Shown: positions 25,860 to 40,095, counted from the first letter of the whole stretch. The stretch is DNA of 63,930 nt, filler included, from Kipferlia bialata (GCA_003568945.1; 4 parts of 4 records of this genome joined end to end with filler, not necessarily neighbours in it); one strand, 5' to 3'. Notes: generated by a model not told the origin, from the sequence alone. A program made the numbers and translations.

Positions 25860-25909
<50 letters not shown>

Positions 25910-26062
25910 ATTCATCCCAGGCCCAATGTAAACAGGCTGCCTGCCTTGGTTCAGGTGAGTCACAACTGGTTCTAGACACTCCTTGCCCTATAGTAGTGAT
26001 TAAGTTGTCTCTCTCGCTTACTCCCCCCCCCCCCCCTTCCTCTTTCTCACCTAGCTTGCTGA
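25247..26062 (+). CDS. Small secreted Cys-rich protein (or the 5' part of another gene joined at a poly-C tract)
   Basis: Signal-peptide exon MIAVVALCLLCLLVPTLAQ|gtgagt, then DPCATCTLIADSLQ|AQCKQAACLGS|AC TGA. Exons after the poly-C (25861-25909) can alternatively be read in frame with the giant gene downstream. Confidence 0.4.
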
Positions 26063-26093
26063 GCCCGGCACTCTACCCAAGAGACCCATTCTG

Positions 26094-29000
26094 ATGGACT
26101 CTCCCTTCGCACCACAGAGGTCATTCAGTCTCACAGGGCCAGTCAAGGACAAGGTGTGTATGGTATCTGCGTCCTTTGCCTCTCAACTGATACACTATCG
26201 ATATGTCACCCATTGACACTCTCATTCCAGGTCTCTCGCCGCACTCTGCTGGCCGCCTTGCTGTCGGCATTCCTCATGTTTGGAATAGGTACTGAGAGAC
26301 ATGAAGCAACATTCACATGGGATGATTACTTATCCCCCCCCCCCCCCTCCTTCCTTCTTATTTGATAGTATACTAGTGTGTGCTTAAGTGTTGTATCTAT
26401 CTGACCCTCAGCCTGGGGCGTCTGGCTCATCTTCTACTTCTCGCCGCAGTCTGTCACCGTCAATGACCTCACTGCGCTACACGATGTCATCATTGACGGA
26501 GAGGAGATGACGCTGGGAGAGGCCTCGGAGGCAGACACGGACTTCCTCATCAGTACGTGCATCTACTCTCTCACTCTCTCTCTCTCTCCCTCTCTCACTC
26601 TAGCCATGGGCACCTCTGCACATGGGGACGGGGTGGTCCCAGGCGCCTCCCTCCTGATTGAGCCCTTAACCAACTCAGACACAGCGGGGACAGGGGCATT
26701 GCAAGGTGGGAGAGACACATACTGTACATATCCAATACATTAGCATTCGTGATAAGCCCTCCTTCTCACCCCAGGCACTGTCAAGATCAACTCAGTCGCT
26801 AGGAGTGACACATACATCGGAGGAGACCTGGTCGTGGGGTCCAGCACAACTGACTTTGTGCTATCCAGGTATATATACCTGTTGACTTGGTGTATACTTG
26901 TTTCTACCCTTATGAGCATAGTCTTACCATAGGCCTGTTGACACTGTCAACACAGCTGGCCACGTGGCCCCATCCACCTCTCTTGTGGGTACCTCAGCCA
27001 CACAGACAGGTCAGTGGTGCATATATGTATACAGAGAGTGGTCGATAGTCATTGCAATATTTACTGTATATGCCGTACTATGCTGGGGATTTTGTGACTC
27101 CATACTGACCTCAGGAGGAGACGTCTACATCGCTGCCGGATCTGGTAGCTCTTCCGGAGACGTGTATGTAAACGGTGGTACCGCAGCCAGCGGGCCAGCC
27201 GGAACTGTATTTTTAGGTACTTCTTATACATCCATGTTTCTATGGTCTCCTGTTACCGCTCACCCACAGGCACTGGGAGCACTGATTCCCTAGTGCTAGG
27301 ACAAAGTGGTGTTGTGACCACTATTGAGGGCGGGCTGGCTGTGACTGGCTCTCTGGTACGTATTCTACCATGGTCTTTGTATATAGATGTATCCTGAGTA
27401 TCATCTCACCCCCAGATGGATGTATCCCTCGCCACTGGGACTGACTGGTCTCTCTCTGTCTCTGGTACAGACGACATTGCCGGGAACACACGCGTGGTGG
27501 ATGGAGGAGACTTCTACATTGCTGCACAGGTACGTTGGGAGTATATATTGATATACTAGAGTGTAGGTACTATTCCACTACCTTCCATGTCTAACTGCAG
27601 GATGGTCTCCTGTCAGGAGTGGGAGGTGGCATGAACATATCAGCAGGTCGCACTGACGGTGTGGTCTCTGGCGCCATGACACTCAGTGGTGCCAGTATCA
27701 AGCTCACATCCACCAGTACTGTCCTCACAGGCACATCCCTAGGGCTGGGGGACGGTCTCTCAGCCGTCACCATGAGGTGTGTCACCCACTTATATGTACT
27801 TCTGTATAGTGTGGAGTCTAACCCCCAGGATGCGTGACAACTCTGACAACGGGTCCTCCATGGCCCTAGCAGGTGCCGAGTTCTCTATCCTCGGTATGGA
27901 CGCTGTGACTGTGGGAGGCACAGTCTCCATCGCAGGAGGGGAGGGTGTGGCAGGGGGTGTGGTATCCATTGACGGGGGTACCGGCACCACTGAGCACGGC
28001 AGTGTGCTGATAGGAGGGACAAGTGGCAATGTTGTCATTGGCATGGCCTCTGCAGAGACTGAACTGAGGGGAGACGTCGTCCTCCCCACCTTTGGAGGGG
28101 GTGTGCTCTACGCCAACTCCCTCACTAGCAACGTGGCTGCCTCCCTAGACCTGGACAGTGACACGGGTGTCGCCATCGGTAACTCCAGCGGCACTGTGTC
28201 CCTTGGGTCTCCTGCTGGTGACGTCACCGTAGCAGCCAGTGAGCTGATACTCACGCAGGGAGTGCTGGGGTCACCGACCGATCTGATTGTGACAGCTGGG
28301 GCTGGGGGTGACCTCAGGCTGACAGCGGGTGCCTCTACAGGCAGCACAGGGGGTAGCATGGTTGTGGATGCCGGGACTGGACTGGTAGTGGGGGGAGACG
28401 TTGTCCTTGGAGGGTCCTCTGCTAACTCTGTCCTCATATCGAGGACTGGTCAGGCCACGCGTATCCTTGGCTCAGGCGAGGTGGAGGAGACATTAACTGT
28501 GCACGGTAGTCTCACCTCTGCCATCGAGACAGTGACCCCAGTGGTCAGATCTGCTGCCAGTGACTCCCTCTCTGTGGATACAGACAACGCCATGACCCTG
28601 GGTGCCAGCAGTGCTAGTGTCTCTATTGGAGGCACTGGTGATGTGACGGTGCGTGGTGACACCATATACGTTGGCGAGTCTGATCAGGACCTCGCCATCA
28701 GACATATAGCGGCACCAGGGGGGACCAATGGGGGAGAACTCTCTATTGTAGGTATGGTTGGGTGAATCAAGTGATAGTAGCATTGTGTGTGTATACTAGA
28801 TATGTGTGTCTTACCCTTAGGACAGGAGGCCTCAGGTGCAGCTGTGGGTGGTGCAGTGACTGTGGCAGGTGGTGATGCCGGTGTGTCAGGTGCCGCAGGA
28901 GGCTCTGTATCTGTGGTCGGAGGGTCTGGTGTGAAGGGAGGAGACGCCTCTCTTGACTCAGGGCCATACACATCCGCACCTGGAGTGGTTACTGTCGGAG

Positions 29001-32000
29001 GCACATACAGTGAGCAGGTATGGGATACTATGTATTTGTATTCAAGTACAAGCCCCTCTTTCCCCTCCACGTCCTAACATCAAGGTAGTTGTCGGCAGGG
29101 ACGCTGTTGGTACTGAGCTGCTGGTCCCCTCTGAGACACTCTCACACACTGGAACTACCATGGTGTCAGGCACCATGGATGCTGCATACACATACTCTAG
29201 ACCTGAGCACACCAGTGGCCCTCAGGAGACCAAGTTCATTGGAATGGGGACATCCAGTACCACGGACACAGGTACCCAATATTGCATATACACTTGCGCA
29301 TACTATATACATTAGGGCATTACCACTGTAGTTGTATCTGACATCAGGTGGAGATGTAATTGTGTCTGGTGGCAGTGCCACTTCTGGCTATGGAGATGTC
29401 ATTCTGGGCACCTCCAAGACTGACTCACCCAACCCTGCATACACTAGGGCTCTAGGGGATGCCTGGGTGGAGGGTAGCAATCTCTACCTCGGTCCCAGTG
29501 TCGATCTGGCCGACTGTCCCACCCACGAGGCATTCACTATCACCCGTCCCTCCTCTACCTGTGCCACCCCTGAAGCCCTCAGGATAGTGGGGTCTCAGGG
29601 TGACACTGCAGCTGGGTCCGTTGTGGTGGCAGGAGGAGAGTCTCTGAGTGGCGATGGAGGAGACCTGACTCTGGTGGGTGGTGCAGGGGTCACAGCCGGT
29701 GGGTCCGTCATCATTGGTGACGCCGACACTGCTAGTGTGGCCATTGGACCTAGCTCCTGTGTCAAACTGGACGTGGTGGACCTGGCTGACCCATCTCTCA
29801 CCACATTCACTGTGGACCTCCAGCAGCCAGTCTCCATTCCAACAGGGGGACTCGACGTTTCTCCAAGGTGGGTTCAGTTCCCTTCACTAGAGTTTTTTGT
29901 CATTGATATCGGTTTCTAAGTGGGTATTGCTGTTCTCACCCTCAGTGTGGTTGTAGACACTGTGACTGCACACGATGATGGCACCACCTCTACCCTCACT
30001 CTCGACTCAGGCACTGCCCCTTCCAGTGGTGTTGTCCTAGGTGCCACCAGTGACACTATCGATATAGGACAGGCCAACGTGGTGGGAGGCACCCAGAAGA
30101 CCACTACGGTGTACAGTGACTTTGGAGTGCTTGATGCCGACGGTCTTGACCTCATTCGCACCGGTGCCAACTCCATTGCAATGACCAATGCGGATATGAC
30201 ACTGGCATCCCCTGGCAGTGTCTCTATATCCTCCACAGTCACCACACCCACCACTGGATCTTCCTCCATTACCCTCAACGGAGATACCCTCTCTCTGTCT
30301 AGCACTGGTGGTGATGTGACGCTCTCCTCTGGCCACGTGGTGGCTGGTCTCACTGTGGGTGCCACCGCTGACGTCAATACCCTAGCCACAAACACCGTCA
30401 CAAGTAGCACAGACAGCAACATGAGCATGAACGCACGCTCTGGGCGCACCCTTGCCGTGGGAGGGTCCTCTGGATACGTTGACCTGGGCAGGACTGGTGT
30501 GGACACAGATGTACTCGGCAACCTGAAAGTGGCAGGTACCATGGATGTGACTGGGGATGTGACCTTTGGGGCCACCCTCGACGTCACAGGGGACATATAC
30601 GTCACTGGAGACACGTGGATCAATGGCAACACCCTCACTCTCTCCAAGGCCCTTCCTGACACTGCCACCTGTGACGCCTCAGAGGCTGTATTCACTATCA
30701 CACGCCCTGCCTCAGACTGCACTGCCCCCAAGGAGCTCATACTGCTGGGTGCCCCCGGTGTCACCCATGCCGGGTCAGTGGTCGTGCAGGGAGGCACTGC
30801 TAGTGGGAACATTGCTGGTGATGTGACTATCCTGGGTGGTGACGGGTACTCAACCGACGGCACTGTGTATGTTGGATCCTCCCACACATCCGCAGTGGTT
30901 ATTGGACCCACCGACTATGTCAAGATGGACATCACCACTGGCACTCTGTCCACATCCCTGCCCAACCCTATTGAGGTTGGAAGTGGTGGTCTGCAGGTGG
31001 CGGGCTCCTTCGTGTCTGACTCCCTCTACTCCTACCCTGTTGCCGGTGTGTCAGGCGAGGCCACCCTCACCCTAGATGCCGGTATTGCCAATACCAGGCT
31101 GGTCAAGCTCGGTAGGACATCGGACACAGTGGAGATCGGCAAGGCTGACATGGCGACCACCGTCTACAGCTACGCATCTCTCCTCGACTCCAGTGGCAAC
31201 CCCCTCATTGCAACTACCGCCACAGGTGTAGAGATATCCAACTCTGACATCACTCTGGACTCCCCTGGGACCGTTTCCCTTGCCTCCTCTGCCGCAGGTG
31301 GCGCATCCTCCATATCAATGTCAGGAGACACCCTGACACTCACCAGCGGGGGTAGTCATGTGGAGCTGTCCTCTGCGTATGTACCTGGGTCCCTGTCTGT
31401 CGCTGGCACCGCCTCCCTGACACGTATTGAGACTCCAGTCATATCTAGCTCTGCATCTGACGTGTTTGTCAATGCCCCTTCTGCACACACTGTGAAGCTA
31501 GCCAATCTGACCGGTGACCTGCACCTTGGCCGTACCTCTCAGACGACTGTCGTCTCTGGAGGCCTCTCTGTGGCCGAGGCCACCCAGCTGCTGTCCACCC
31601 TCACTGTAGCTGGGACCGTGTCTGCTACCGGTACAGTCCATGCCAACAGCCTGGACGCACTCACCTCTGGCCCCCTCACCCTGGGCAGTGACGCTCTTTC
31701 TACCTCAGTCGTCGTTGACAACACCCTCACCGTGACTGGCTCTGTGAACACCGCCACTGTCCAGAACAGTGGTGGCGCCCTCACTCTCAGTGGCTCTGAG
31801 GTGGCTATAGATGGCCCTCTCAAGGTGTCCCACAACGCTGCTGACGTCACCTTGGCCTACCTGACTGGCACCAGTGCCTGGGAGCTAGACACCCAGGGAG
31901 GGGGTGTCAAGGTCTCTGCCTCTGCTGCCCTCATCGACCTCGATGCTGACACTGATACAGTTGAGGTGGCCTCTCCCATTGGCACTCTTCTGTCCCTCAC

Positions 32001-35000
32001 TGCAGCTGAGTTGGCAGTGGACGTCACAGCCGTTGACTTCACAACTAGTGCCGTCAAGGGAGGAGATTTCTCTGTCCTTTCCCTCGCAGCCAATGGCGTA
32101 TCATCAATTGCAGTCAACTCTGATGTGTCTGTGCTGGACGGGTTTTCCCTTGGCAGCGCCGGTGCTCTGAACCTCAATGGCGCCTCAGGTGTTGACCTCC
32201 AGATCGGTGGGGTTGACAAGGTGCAGCTGACTTCAACCAGCCTCAGTGTAACACCTGCCACCTCCTTTGCCGACACTGTCACGATGGAGACTGGCAAGGC
32301 TCTGACCCTTGACACCATCTCTGGTATAGGCGGGGGTGCTCTTGGAGTCACGTCCACTGCCACCTCTCTCTCTGGCACTCTAGACGTCACGGGCTCAGTC
32401 ACAGTCAGTGGCACCCACCTGTCTGTGGCCCAGGTCCAGGCACCCTCTGCGTCTGACCCCCTCGCTCTGCAGGGCCTGACTGTACACGCTGACACTGACA
32501 CATTCAAGACTGGCGCACTGTCTTCACTCACTGTCACACACACAGCCACCTCCGTAGGTGCCTCAGCCACCAAGGACCTAACTGTACACAGTGACGAGTC
32601 CTTGACCCTTGACGCTGCCACTGACATTGACATCGGAGTGGCTGGTGGCCAGGCTGTGTCCTTGCAGGTGGCCAGTGCTGACGTGCTCTCTGTAGATGCA
32701 ACTAGTGTTGTAGCATACGAGAACCTCACAGTGGCCTCTGGCAAGACCCTGTATGCCAACACTGTCACTAGGACAGACGGGACCATCCTCACCCTGGACA
32801 CACCCGTCTCTATAACAGGTGCCCTCACCCTCGGAGATCAGGATGTTACAGTGGCCCAGGGAGTAGAGCTACGCGTTGGCGTCAAGAACGCAGGTGGAAA
32901 CGGAGGTTACCTCGGTGTCGGATACTCTGTTGGTGACGTGCTCACCCTGAGCTCTGCCAGTGCCTCATCCTACACTGCCCCCAGCCTAGAGGTTGCCTCA
33001 GATGTCACTGTCACAGGAAGTGTGGCCCTGACCACCATCGAGCCATCCTCCGGCACTACAGTTACCATCAGTGGTGCCACCGCCTCTGCTGCCACCTTTT
33101 CTGACTCTCTTGTTAACATCCACAAGGCCTCTCAGTTCGACAGCAGTGTGGACATTGTCGGGAGCCTCAAGGTCGACACAATTGATGTCAACTCTGGGTC
33201 CCTTCTCACCCTCGACACGGACACAAGTGTGGCGGGCTCTCTGGCCGTGACCTCTGGTATCACTGTACCCTCAGTCACATCTCTGGCCGGTGGGGACCTG
33301 ACCCTCAGCGCCGTCCAGCAGTTGACACTCGACTTCGGGTCTGGTCATGCCCTGAGACTGAGCTCCGGTGCCAAGGTCGTTGACGTTGAGTACAACACTG
33401 GCCTATCCAAGTGGGACCTCGCCATCAACTCCGAAGCCATCGATCTCATAGCCGTGACTGATGTGACCATCAACCACTCAGCTGTCACTGACACCTTCTC
33501 TGTTGTGAGTGGGGGTGTAACCCGTCTGGGTCTCACAGAGGCCAGTATGGACATCAACGTCACAGATGCCAACTTCAATGGTAGCATAGTGCATGTGGAA
33601 GACCTGAGAACTGACCAGATTAGCGCTGATGACAATGCTGTGATTGCACTTCACAACAGTCTGGACGTCACAGATGGGTTCAAGATTGAGTCTGACGGCT
33701 CTCTCTTCCTAGCTGTCACCGACACAGCCACTTCCGCTGGTACTCTCTCCAACAAGCTGTCCTTCGACAATGGCTTTGTTGCTGTCACAGGAGCCGCGGC
33801 CCTGACCATCGACTATACCTCAGTCACCATTCCCAACACTGTGTCACTTGGCAGCAGCCTCACTGTTGCAGGTGCTCTCAACGCCTCTGGTGTTACAGAT
33901 GCTGCTACCTTGACCCTTACTGGAGGCTCCTCTGCTCTCACAGTTGATACCACCACGGGTGTCAATATCAACGCAGCCACGTCATTCGATGAGACCGTGA
34001 CCCTCACCACCAACAAGGCCTTGGTCCTAGACACTGTGACAGCGTTGTCGGCTGACATTGACCTCACTGCCACCAGTTTCAATGTGATTGGAGCTGCCGA
34101 TGTGTCGTCTACCCTCTCTGTGACTGGTGCCACAGAACTCAAGGACACGGTGGCCCTGAAGGGAGATGTCACCATTGACCCCGCCAAGGTACTCGACGTC
34201 AGGGGCATCAACACGAACGGAAACGGCCTGACCGTCACCGCCAGTTCTATGGGTGTCGTGTCCCCTGCTGTTACGCTGGGATCTGGGTCCACCCTCGATG
34301 TCACTACTGATGGTTCCTCTGTCGTCCTCGAGGGCACCCACGAGCTCACTATGAAGAGTGCCGACCATGTCTATCTTGACACTGTCACCGGTAAGCACGT
34401 TGGCATCAAGGTGGCTGACACCCAAGTAGTGAAGGTGGAGGGTGCACAGGTATCCGTGTACCAGGATACTGTATTCAGCAGTGGCGTGACTGTCGGTGGG
34501 GCTACTACCATGACTGGTGCTCTCACTGTAGACACTGTCACCTCCAGTGGTGCCAGTGTAGCAATAGGGCCCTCAGTTGCAGTGACTAGTGGCCTCGCTG
34601 CTGCCACTGTCACTGCCTCGGGTGCAGTCACCGGAGCATCAGTGAGCGCGGCTTCACTCAGTGTCGATGACATCTATGAGAAGACTGGGAGTGGGGGAAT
34701 CACAATCCACAACGACATCGCGTTGTCCGATGCTGCATTCGCTGTCACTGCTGCAGGGAGCATGACCTTCACCGTGACCGATGGTGTCCCAGCTGTGTTC
34801 TCAGTTGAGTCTGCTGCTGGTGTCCTGACCCTTGACAGTGCGTCCTCTCTCAACCTAGACGTGGCCGGAATCACCGTCCCTACCACCCTCACTGTCGATG
34901 ATTCCAACGTGCTCATGGCCAAGACAATTGGACATGGGACAGAGCTGGAGCTCAAGGCGAACAGCGCCTCCGTGGCCACCCTCACAGACAGTATGGTCAC

Positions 35001-38000
35001 TGTCAAGAAGCCAACCACCTTCAACGATGATGTCAGCATTGACACCACCAAGGCCCTGGTCCTGGACACTCTGACCGCCATTGGATCAGGCACACTCACA
35101 GTGACAGCATCCACACTTGCACTAACTGGGGGGGCCACTGTATCCACTACCCTAGGGGTTACAGGTCTGACTAGCCTCACAGACGCCACCCTCTCAGGCA
35201 CCCTGATAGCTCCCACTACCAATGTGGGCACAGCACTCAATGTCCACCAGATTGGAGAGTACACTGGTGGCAGTGGCATCACTGTGGCGAATGACTTAAA
35301 CGTCAATTCCGACATTGTTATCAATCCCACCAACCACCTTCAGACCAACACCGTTCAGAGCACTGGCTCCCTCACCCTGACCGGCAACTCAGTCTTGCTC
35401 AACACCGATGCTGTGACCTTGGGATCCACATCCGACATTGACATCGCCTTCACTGCCACTGAGGCAGTAGTCACTGCTAATGAGGACCTCATTATGAAGA
35501 CTCTCAGCAACACCGACTTCATTGATCTGCAGATCGCTGGATCATCCCGAGTCAAGGTGGAGGATGCGGTAGTGACCCTAGGGGGTGCAGGTGCTAGTGT
35601 CACTGGGATCCTAGATGTCGGTGGCACTCTCGATGTGACCGGTCTCACCACGCTTGTTGACGTCGACGCCTCTGGAGACCTGACAGCTGACAACGCCGAC
35701 ATAGCCTCCACCCTCAAGACGGACTCCATCGACCTGCACTCCGGCAGTCTCCTCACCATCACCCCTGCCACCCACATCACAGGGGCAGTCGACCTCGATG
35801 CCACTCTGCTTGTGGACGGGAACCTGACGGTCGGCACGGGAAGCTTCATCAACACCGAGACACTTCAGTCGGGTAACACTGGCACAGGGAGTCTGAGTGT
35901 CAAGGGAGCTGCCATTGATCTCGAGTCAGACGACATCACCCTCGGTGTGACGTCTACCCTCGGCATGATATATGGTGCCAGTATCACTGCCACTGCCTCT
36001 GACCCTCTGTCAATCAAGGGTCTAGAGAACGTGGTGATCGAGGCTGCCAGCACAAAGACTGTCGATCTCCAGATCAACAATGCCTCAGTCCTGCAGGTTG
36101 CTGGTGCCTCCGTCACCATCAGTCAGCCCACCACCCTCACCGCCATTACTGCTAGTGGTGCGGCCATATTCAATGGTGCAGCTACCTTTAACGCTGGCGT
36201 GACCCTCCCTACTGGTACCACTGCAGTTGACATTGACGTATCTGGTGGCACTGGGGTGAAGACCGACAAGCTGACAGAGCACACTGCTACCAATGGTATA
36301 ACCGTTACAAGTGACCTTTTGGTTGTGTCATCCAAGTACGTTGACACCGCTGCCGTCAAGAGCAACGGCGGTGCCTCGGCCCTCTCTCTGACAGGGTCTA
36401 CAGTTACTGTGACTGCCACCGATGTGGACCTATCCACAGACGATGTCACTTTAGGGTTAGCATCCACACTCCAACTCGACTTCAATGGCGCTGCCACCAC
36501 TGCCACGGCCTCTGCCGGTCTAGTTGTCAATCTCAGTGACGACACAGACGTCATTGCATTCCAGATTGATACTGATCCAAAGGTCACCATTGGAGACGCC
36601 CTGGTGACTATTGCAGCCGCTTCCACCTCAGTCTCTGCTCTTACAGTGGGATCCACCCTTGGTGTCTCCGGCACTGCCTCCCTGGCTGACGTCTCTGTGA
36701 GTGGCACGCTCTCTGCCGCCACTGTAGACTTCACCACAATCAAGGCCGACGACATATACGAGTCCACTAATGCAAATGGGATCCATGTCCACGACAACTT
36801 GGAGACCACCGCTGACATCACCCTCACTGGCAGTACCCTCCACACTGCTACCATCGCATCCTCTGCCGCCCTCACCCTCAACCCACTCACTGCCTCATAC
36901 GTCGAGATGACTACTGATACCGTCAAGATGGGAGTGACCTCCACACTTAACACCATCTTCACCTCCACTCATGCAACCTCGACTGCCTCTAAGTCTCTTG
37001 TGTCCACAACTTCATTGAACACCGAGAGTATCGACTTCCAGATTGCAACAGCGTCTCGTCTCAAGGTTCAGGATGCTGGGACAACTGTGACTGGGACTCT
37101 GGGAGTCAGTGGCGCCGCCACCCTAGACTCGGCAGTCATCACCAACACCCTGGATGTCGACAGTGTCGATGTTACCACAGATCTTAAGACCGACGCCATC
37201 AACCTCCACTCCGGAACCCAGCTCACCATCACTGCAGCCACCCTGAGTGTGGTCGGTGCCCTAGACGTGAGTAGTAACATTGAGCTGCCCTCTGGCTATG
37301 TGGAGACTGCCAATATACAGGGTCTCAGTGGAACTGGTGCAATCACCCTCACTGGTAGCTCTTTGACCCTTACTACCAACCAAGTGACCACTGGAGTGCT
37401 GTCCACTCTGTCCATTAGCCACGATGCCTCTAACGTGATTGCCAACGCTAGTAAGCAGCTGAAACTCACGAGTGATGAGCATGTGATGGTCTCTGCTGCC
37501 ACTGGGAGTAAGGTCATCCTCCAGAACAACGGCAATGCTAAGATCGAGGTGGAGGACACAATCACCACCATCCATGAGAATGCCGACCTGAAGTCCGATC
37601 TGAATGTCGATGGACACACGGATGTGACAACTCTGATTGCCTCTGCAGGCATCTCTGCCACCACCATTTCCATGAGCGGTGCCCTCTCCGTCGATACTAT
37701 CCAGGAGGGTACAGGTGGTGTCGGTATCGGTGTGGTTGATGATGTCACTATCCAGGCTGGAAAGACTCTCAATGTTAGCTTGATGGACTGCGGCTCCAGT
37801 GCCATGTCGGTTAACTCGGGGTCCTTGATCCTGTCCGAAGACGGCGTCGCCTCCACCCTCACCTTTGACTACACAGGCTCAGAGACATCCGTCACCTCCT
37901 CCTCCAACCTGACCCTGGATGCAGGTGGCACCTCGATGTCGCTCGAGGTCGGTGGTTCCCCAGAGGCTGTGATTACCTCTGGCCAGGTGGAGATCTCTAA

Positions 38001-39696
38001 CGCTCTCAAGGTCGCGGCCATCTCGAACGACAGTGGCATAGTGATCACAACTGGGTCTAGTGCTGGACTCAACTTCTCGATTGGTACTAACCAGTGGCTG
38101 AGCCTGACTTCAAGCAGTCTCACCTGGACTTTGGGGTACTCGAGTGGTGATTCCACCTGGAAGATGCAGTTTGACCATCAGAAGATGGCTATTCAGGAGG
38201 TTCTCAACGCCACCATTGACCTTGACAACGACACCAACATCTTCACCGTGAGCACCAACGGTGCCTCCAGGCTAGCCGTGACCAAGGCATATGCCGAGTT
38301 CAACACTGACGCTGTCACCTTCAACACATCGTCTGGTGTCACGATGAGCGATCTGACGTTGGCCTCCCTCACGGCTGCCTCCACGGACATCACGCTCAAC
38401 GATGACCTGGTTGTATCTGATGGATTCACAATCAATGGCGGAGGACTCGTAAACTTCGCTCTGGATGACACGGGTTCCGGTAATACCCAGACCGTGACGT
38501 TCAAGTCTACCAGTGACACCATATTCCTGAAGTCGACTAGACCCATCAGCCTTGATACCACGGACGTGTTGGTGACTGGTAATCTCGCCGTCAACTCTGG
38601 AGTGCTCTATGCTGCCACAATCACTGGGGCTGCCGCAGGTCCCCTGACGATTGGTGCCACGACAACGTCCCTCACTTCTGGCACCATAGAGTTGGGAGAG
38701 GATGCAGCTAGGCTGCTGACCTTGACCACCTCCTCGACAGTGGCTCTGGCCTCGAGTGACGATCTCACCCTTAGTGCTACCGGAGCAATCGTAATCAATG
38801 CTGATTCCGGAAATGATGTGAGTCTTACTGTTGGGGGATCAACAGTTGCCTCCTTTGCGACTGGTTCCATCGGGATCACTGGTGCCCTCTCCGTAAGTGC
38901 TACCATCACCGCCAGTGGTATAATTAAGGGTGGATCCCTGAAGAGTGATAGCATCGTCGAGGACACGACCGCTGGTATTACCATGACGGGAACTCAGCTG
39001 TCTCTTGACTCGGATTCGGTGTACCTTGGAACGGCCTCTACGTCTAAGTTGTGGGTTGACAGTTCCAGTTCCACTGCACTCTCGGTGGTTTCCAACGCCT
39101 CCTCAACCCTGACCATCTCCTCTCTAGGGTCTCTGATTCTGGGTATTGGTGGCGCCCCCACCGCTATCGTGACTGTCGATTCTGACGGAGTGGATATTGC
39201 CGGAGATATGTCTGCGACAGGTACCCTCAGCGCAGCATCCCTCACTACCCTATCAACAGGGAGCACTAAGGCAGTATCTATGAAGCGTGTAGAGTTTGGC
39301 ATGTACTATACTGGGGCTACCGCCACTTCTACTGTTCGCCTGAGTTATGACGACGCCGGAACAGCAAGACATCTAATGCATGTTACTACTAACAAGGTGG
39401 CGATGATGGGATCCTACACATGCTTCCCCGGAGGCGGTGGTGCCTTCACTGCCACACCTGTGCATGGTTTAGTGGATGACCCTGATTTGTCACTTGGCGC
39501 GAGTGCATTCTTCCTCAATCCGGTAACAGGGTATTCGGAGCTGCAAGTCACCGTCGCTAATCTTGATGGGGGGTGTGCCGGAACTGGCGAGGGCTACCTA
39601 TACGTGACAGCTTCAATATGCGTCTTCGACACTGCTACGGCCGCCGGAGTTGTGACTGGTGTTGATACCTACGAGCTTCTGGTGAGCTCTGCTTGA
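26094..39696 (+). CDS. Giant (about 4,200 aa, estimated) type II membrane-anchored, G/S/T/V/D-rich repetitive beta-fibre/adhesin-like protein
   Basis: MDSPFAPQ..KDK|VSRRTLLAALLSAFLMFGIA|WGVWLIFYF gives a single N-terminal TM helix. About 14 introns lie in 26154-29945, then one exon 29946-39696 of about 3,250 codons. Internal repeats are present. The start may extend upstream. Confidence 0.85.
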
Positions 39697-40095
39697 TAGG
39701 GGTACCTTTCTTCTGAGTGTATCACTCTTCAGTTTGATATGTTGATCCCTCAGAATGAAGGTGAAGAGAGGCAGTTAGCCTCTTATGTAACAATATATTT
39801 ATAGTGATTGCCACTTGTGTTGGAGCAGTATTGTGAATCTCTTCAGAATGAGCTTGATGTTTAGCACCTGCTGGATACCGTATGTCCGACATATATATAA
39901 ATGAATTCAATACTATAATGATATCATACCAGTTCTCAAGGCCCTATTGCAACAGAAGCATCTATTACAATACAGTATCAAACACCAATGGAAACAACAC
40001 ACACGAATCAACAACAAACAAACACTGGCAAATAATAATCGACCTATCATTCTGGTCGTATGACACTACACTCTGGGCTAAGAGAGAGATACTAC

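Noticed and set aside
29916..39302. Long minus-strand ORFs (up to 331 aa) opposite the giant gene
   Set aside because: Antisense shadows of a long, codon-biased coding exon, with no independent motifs.
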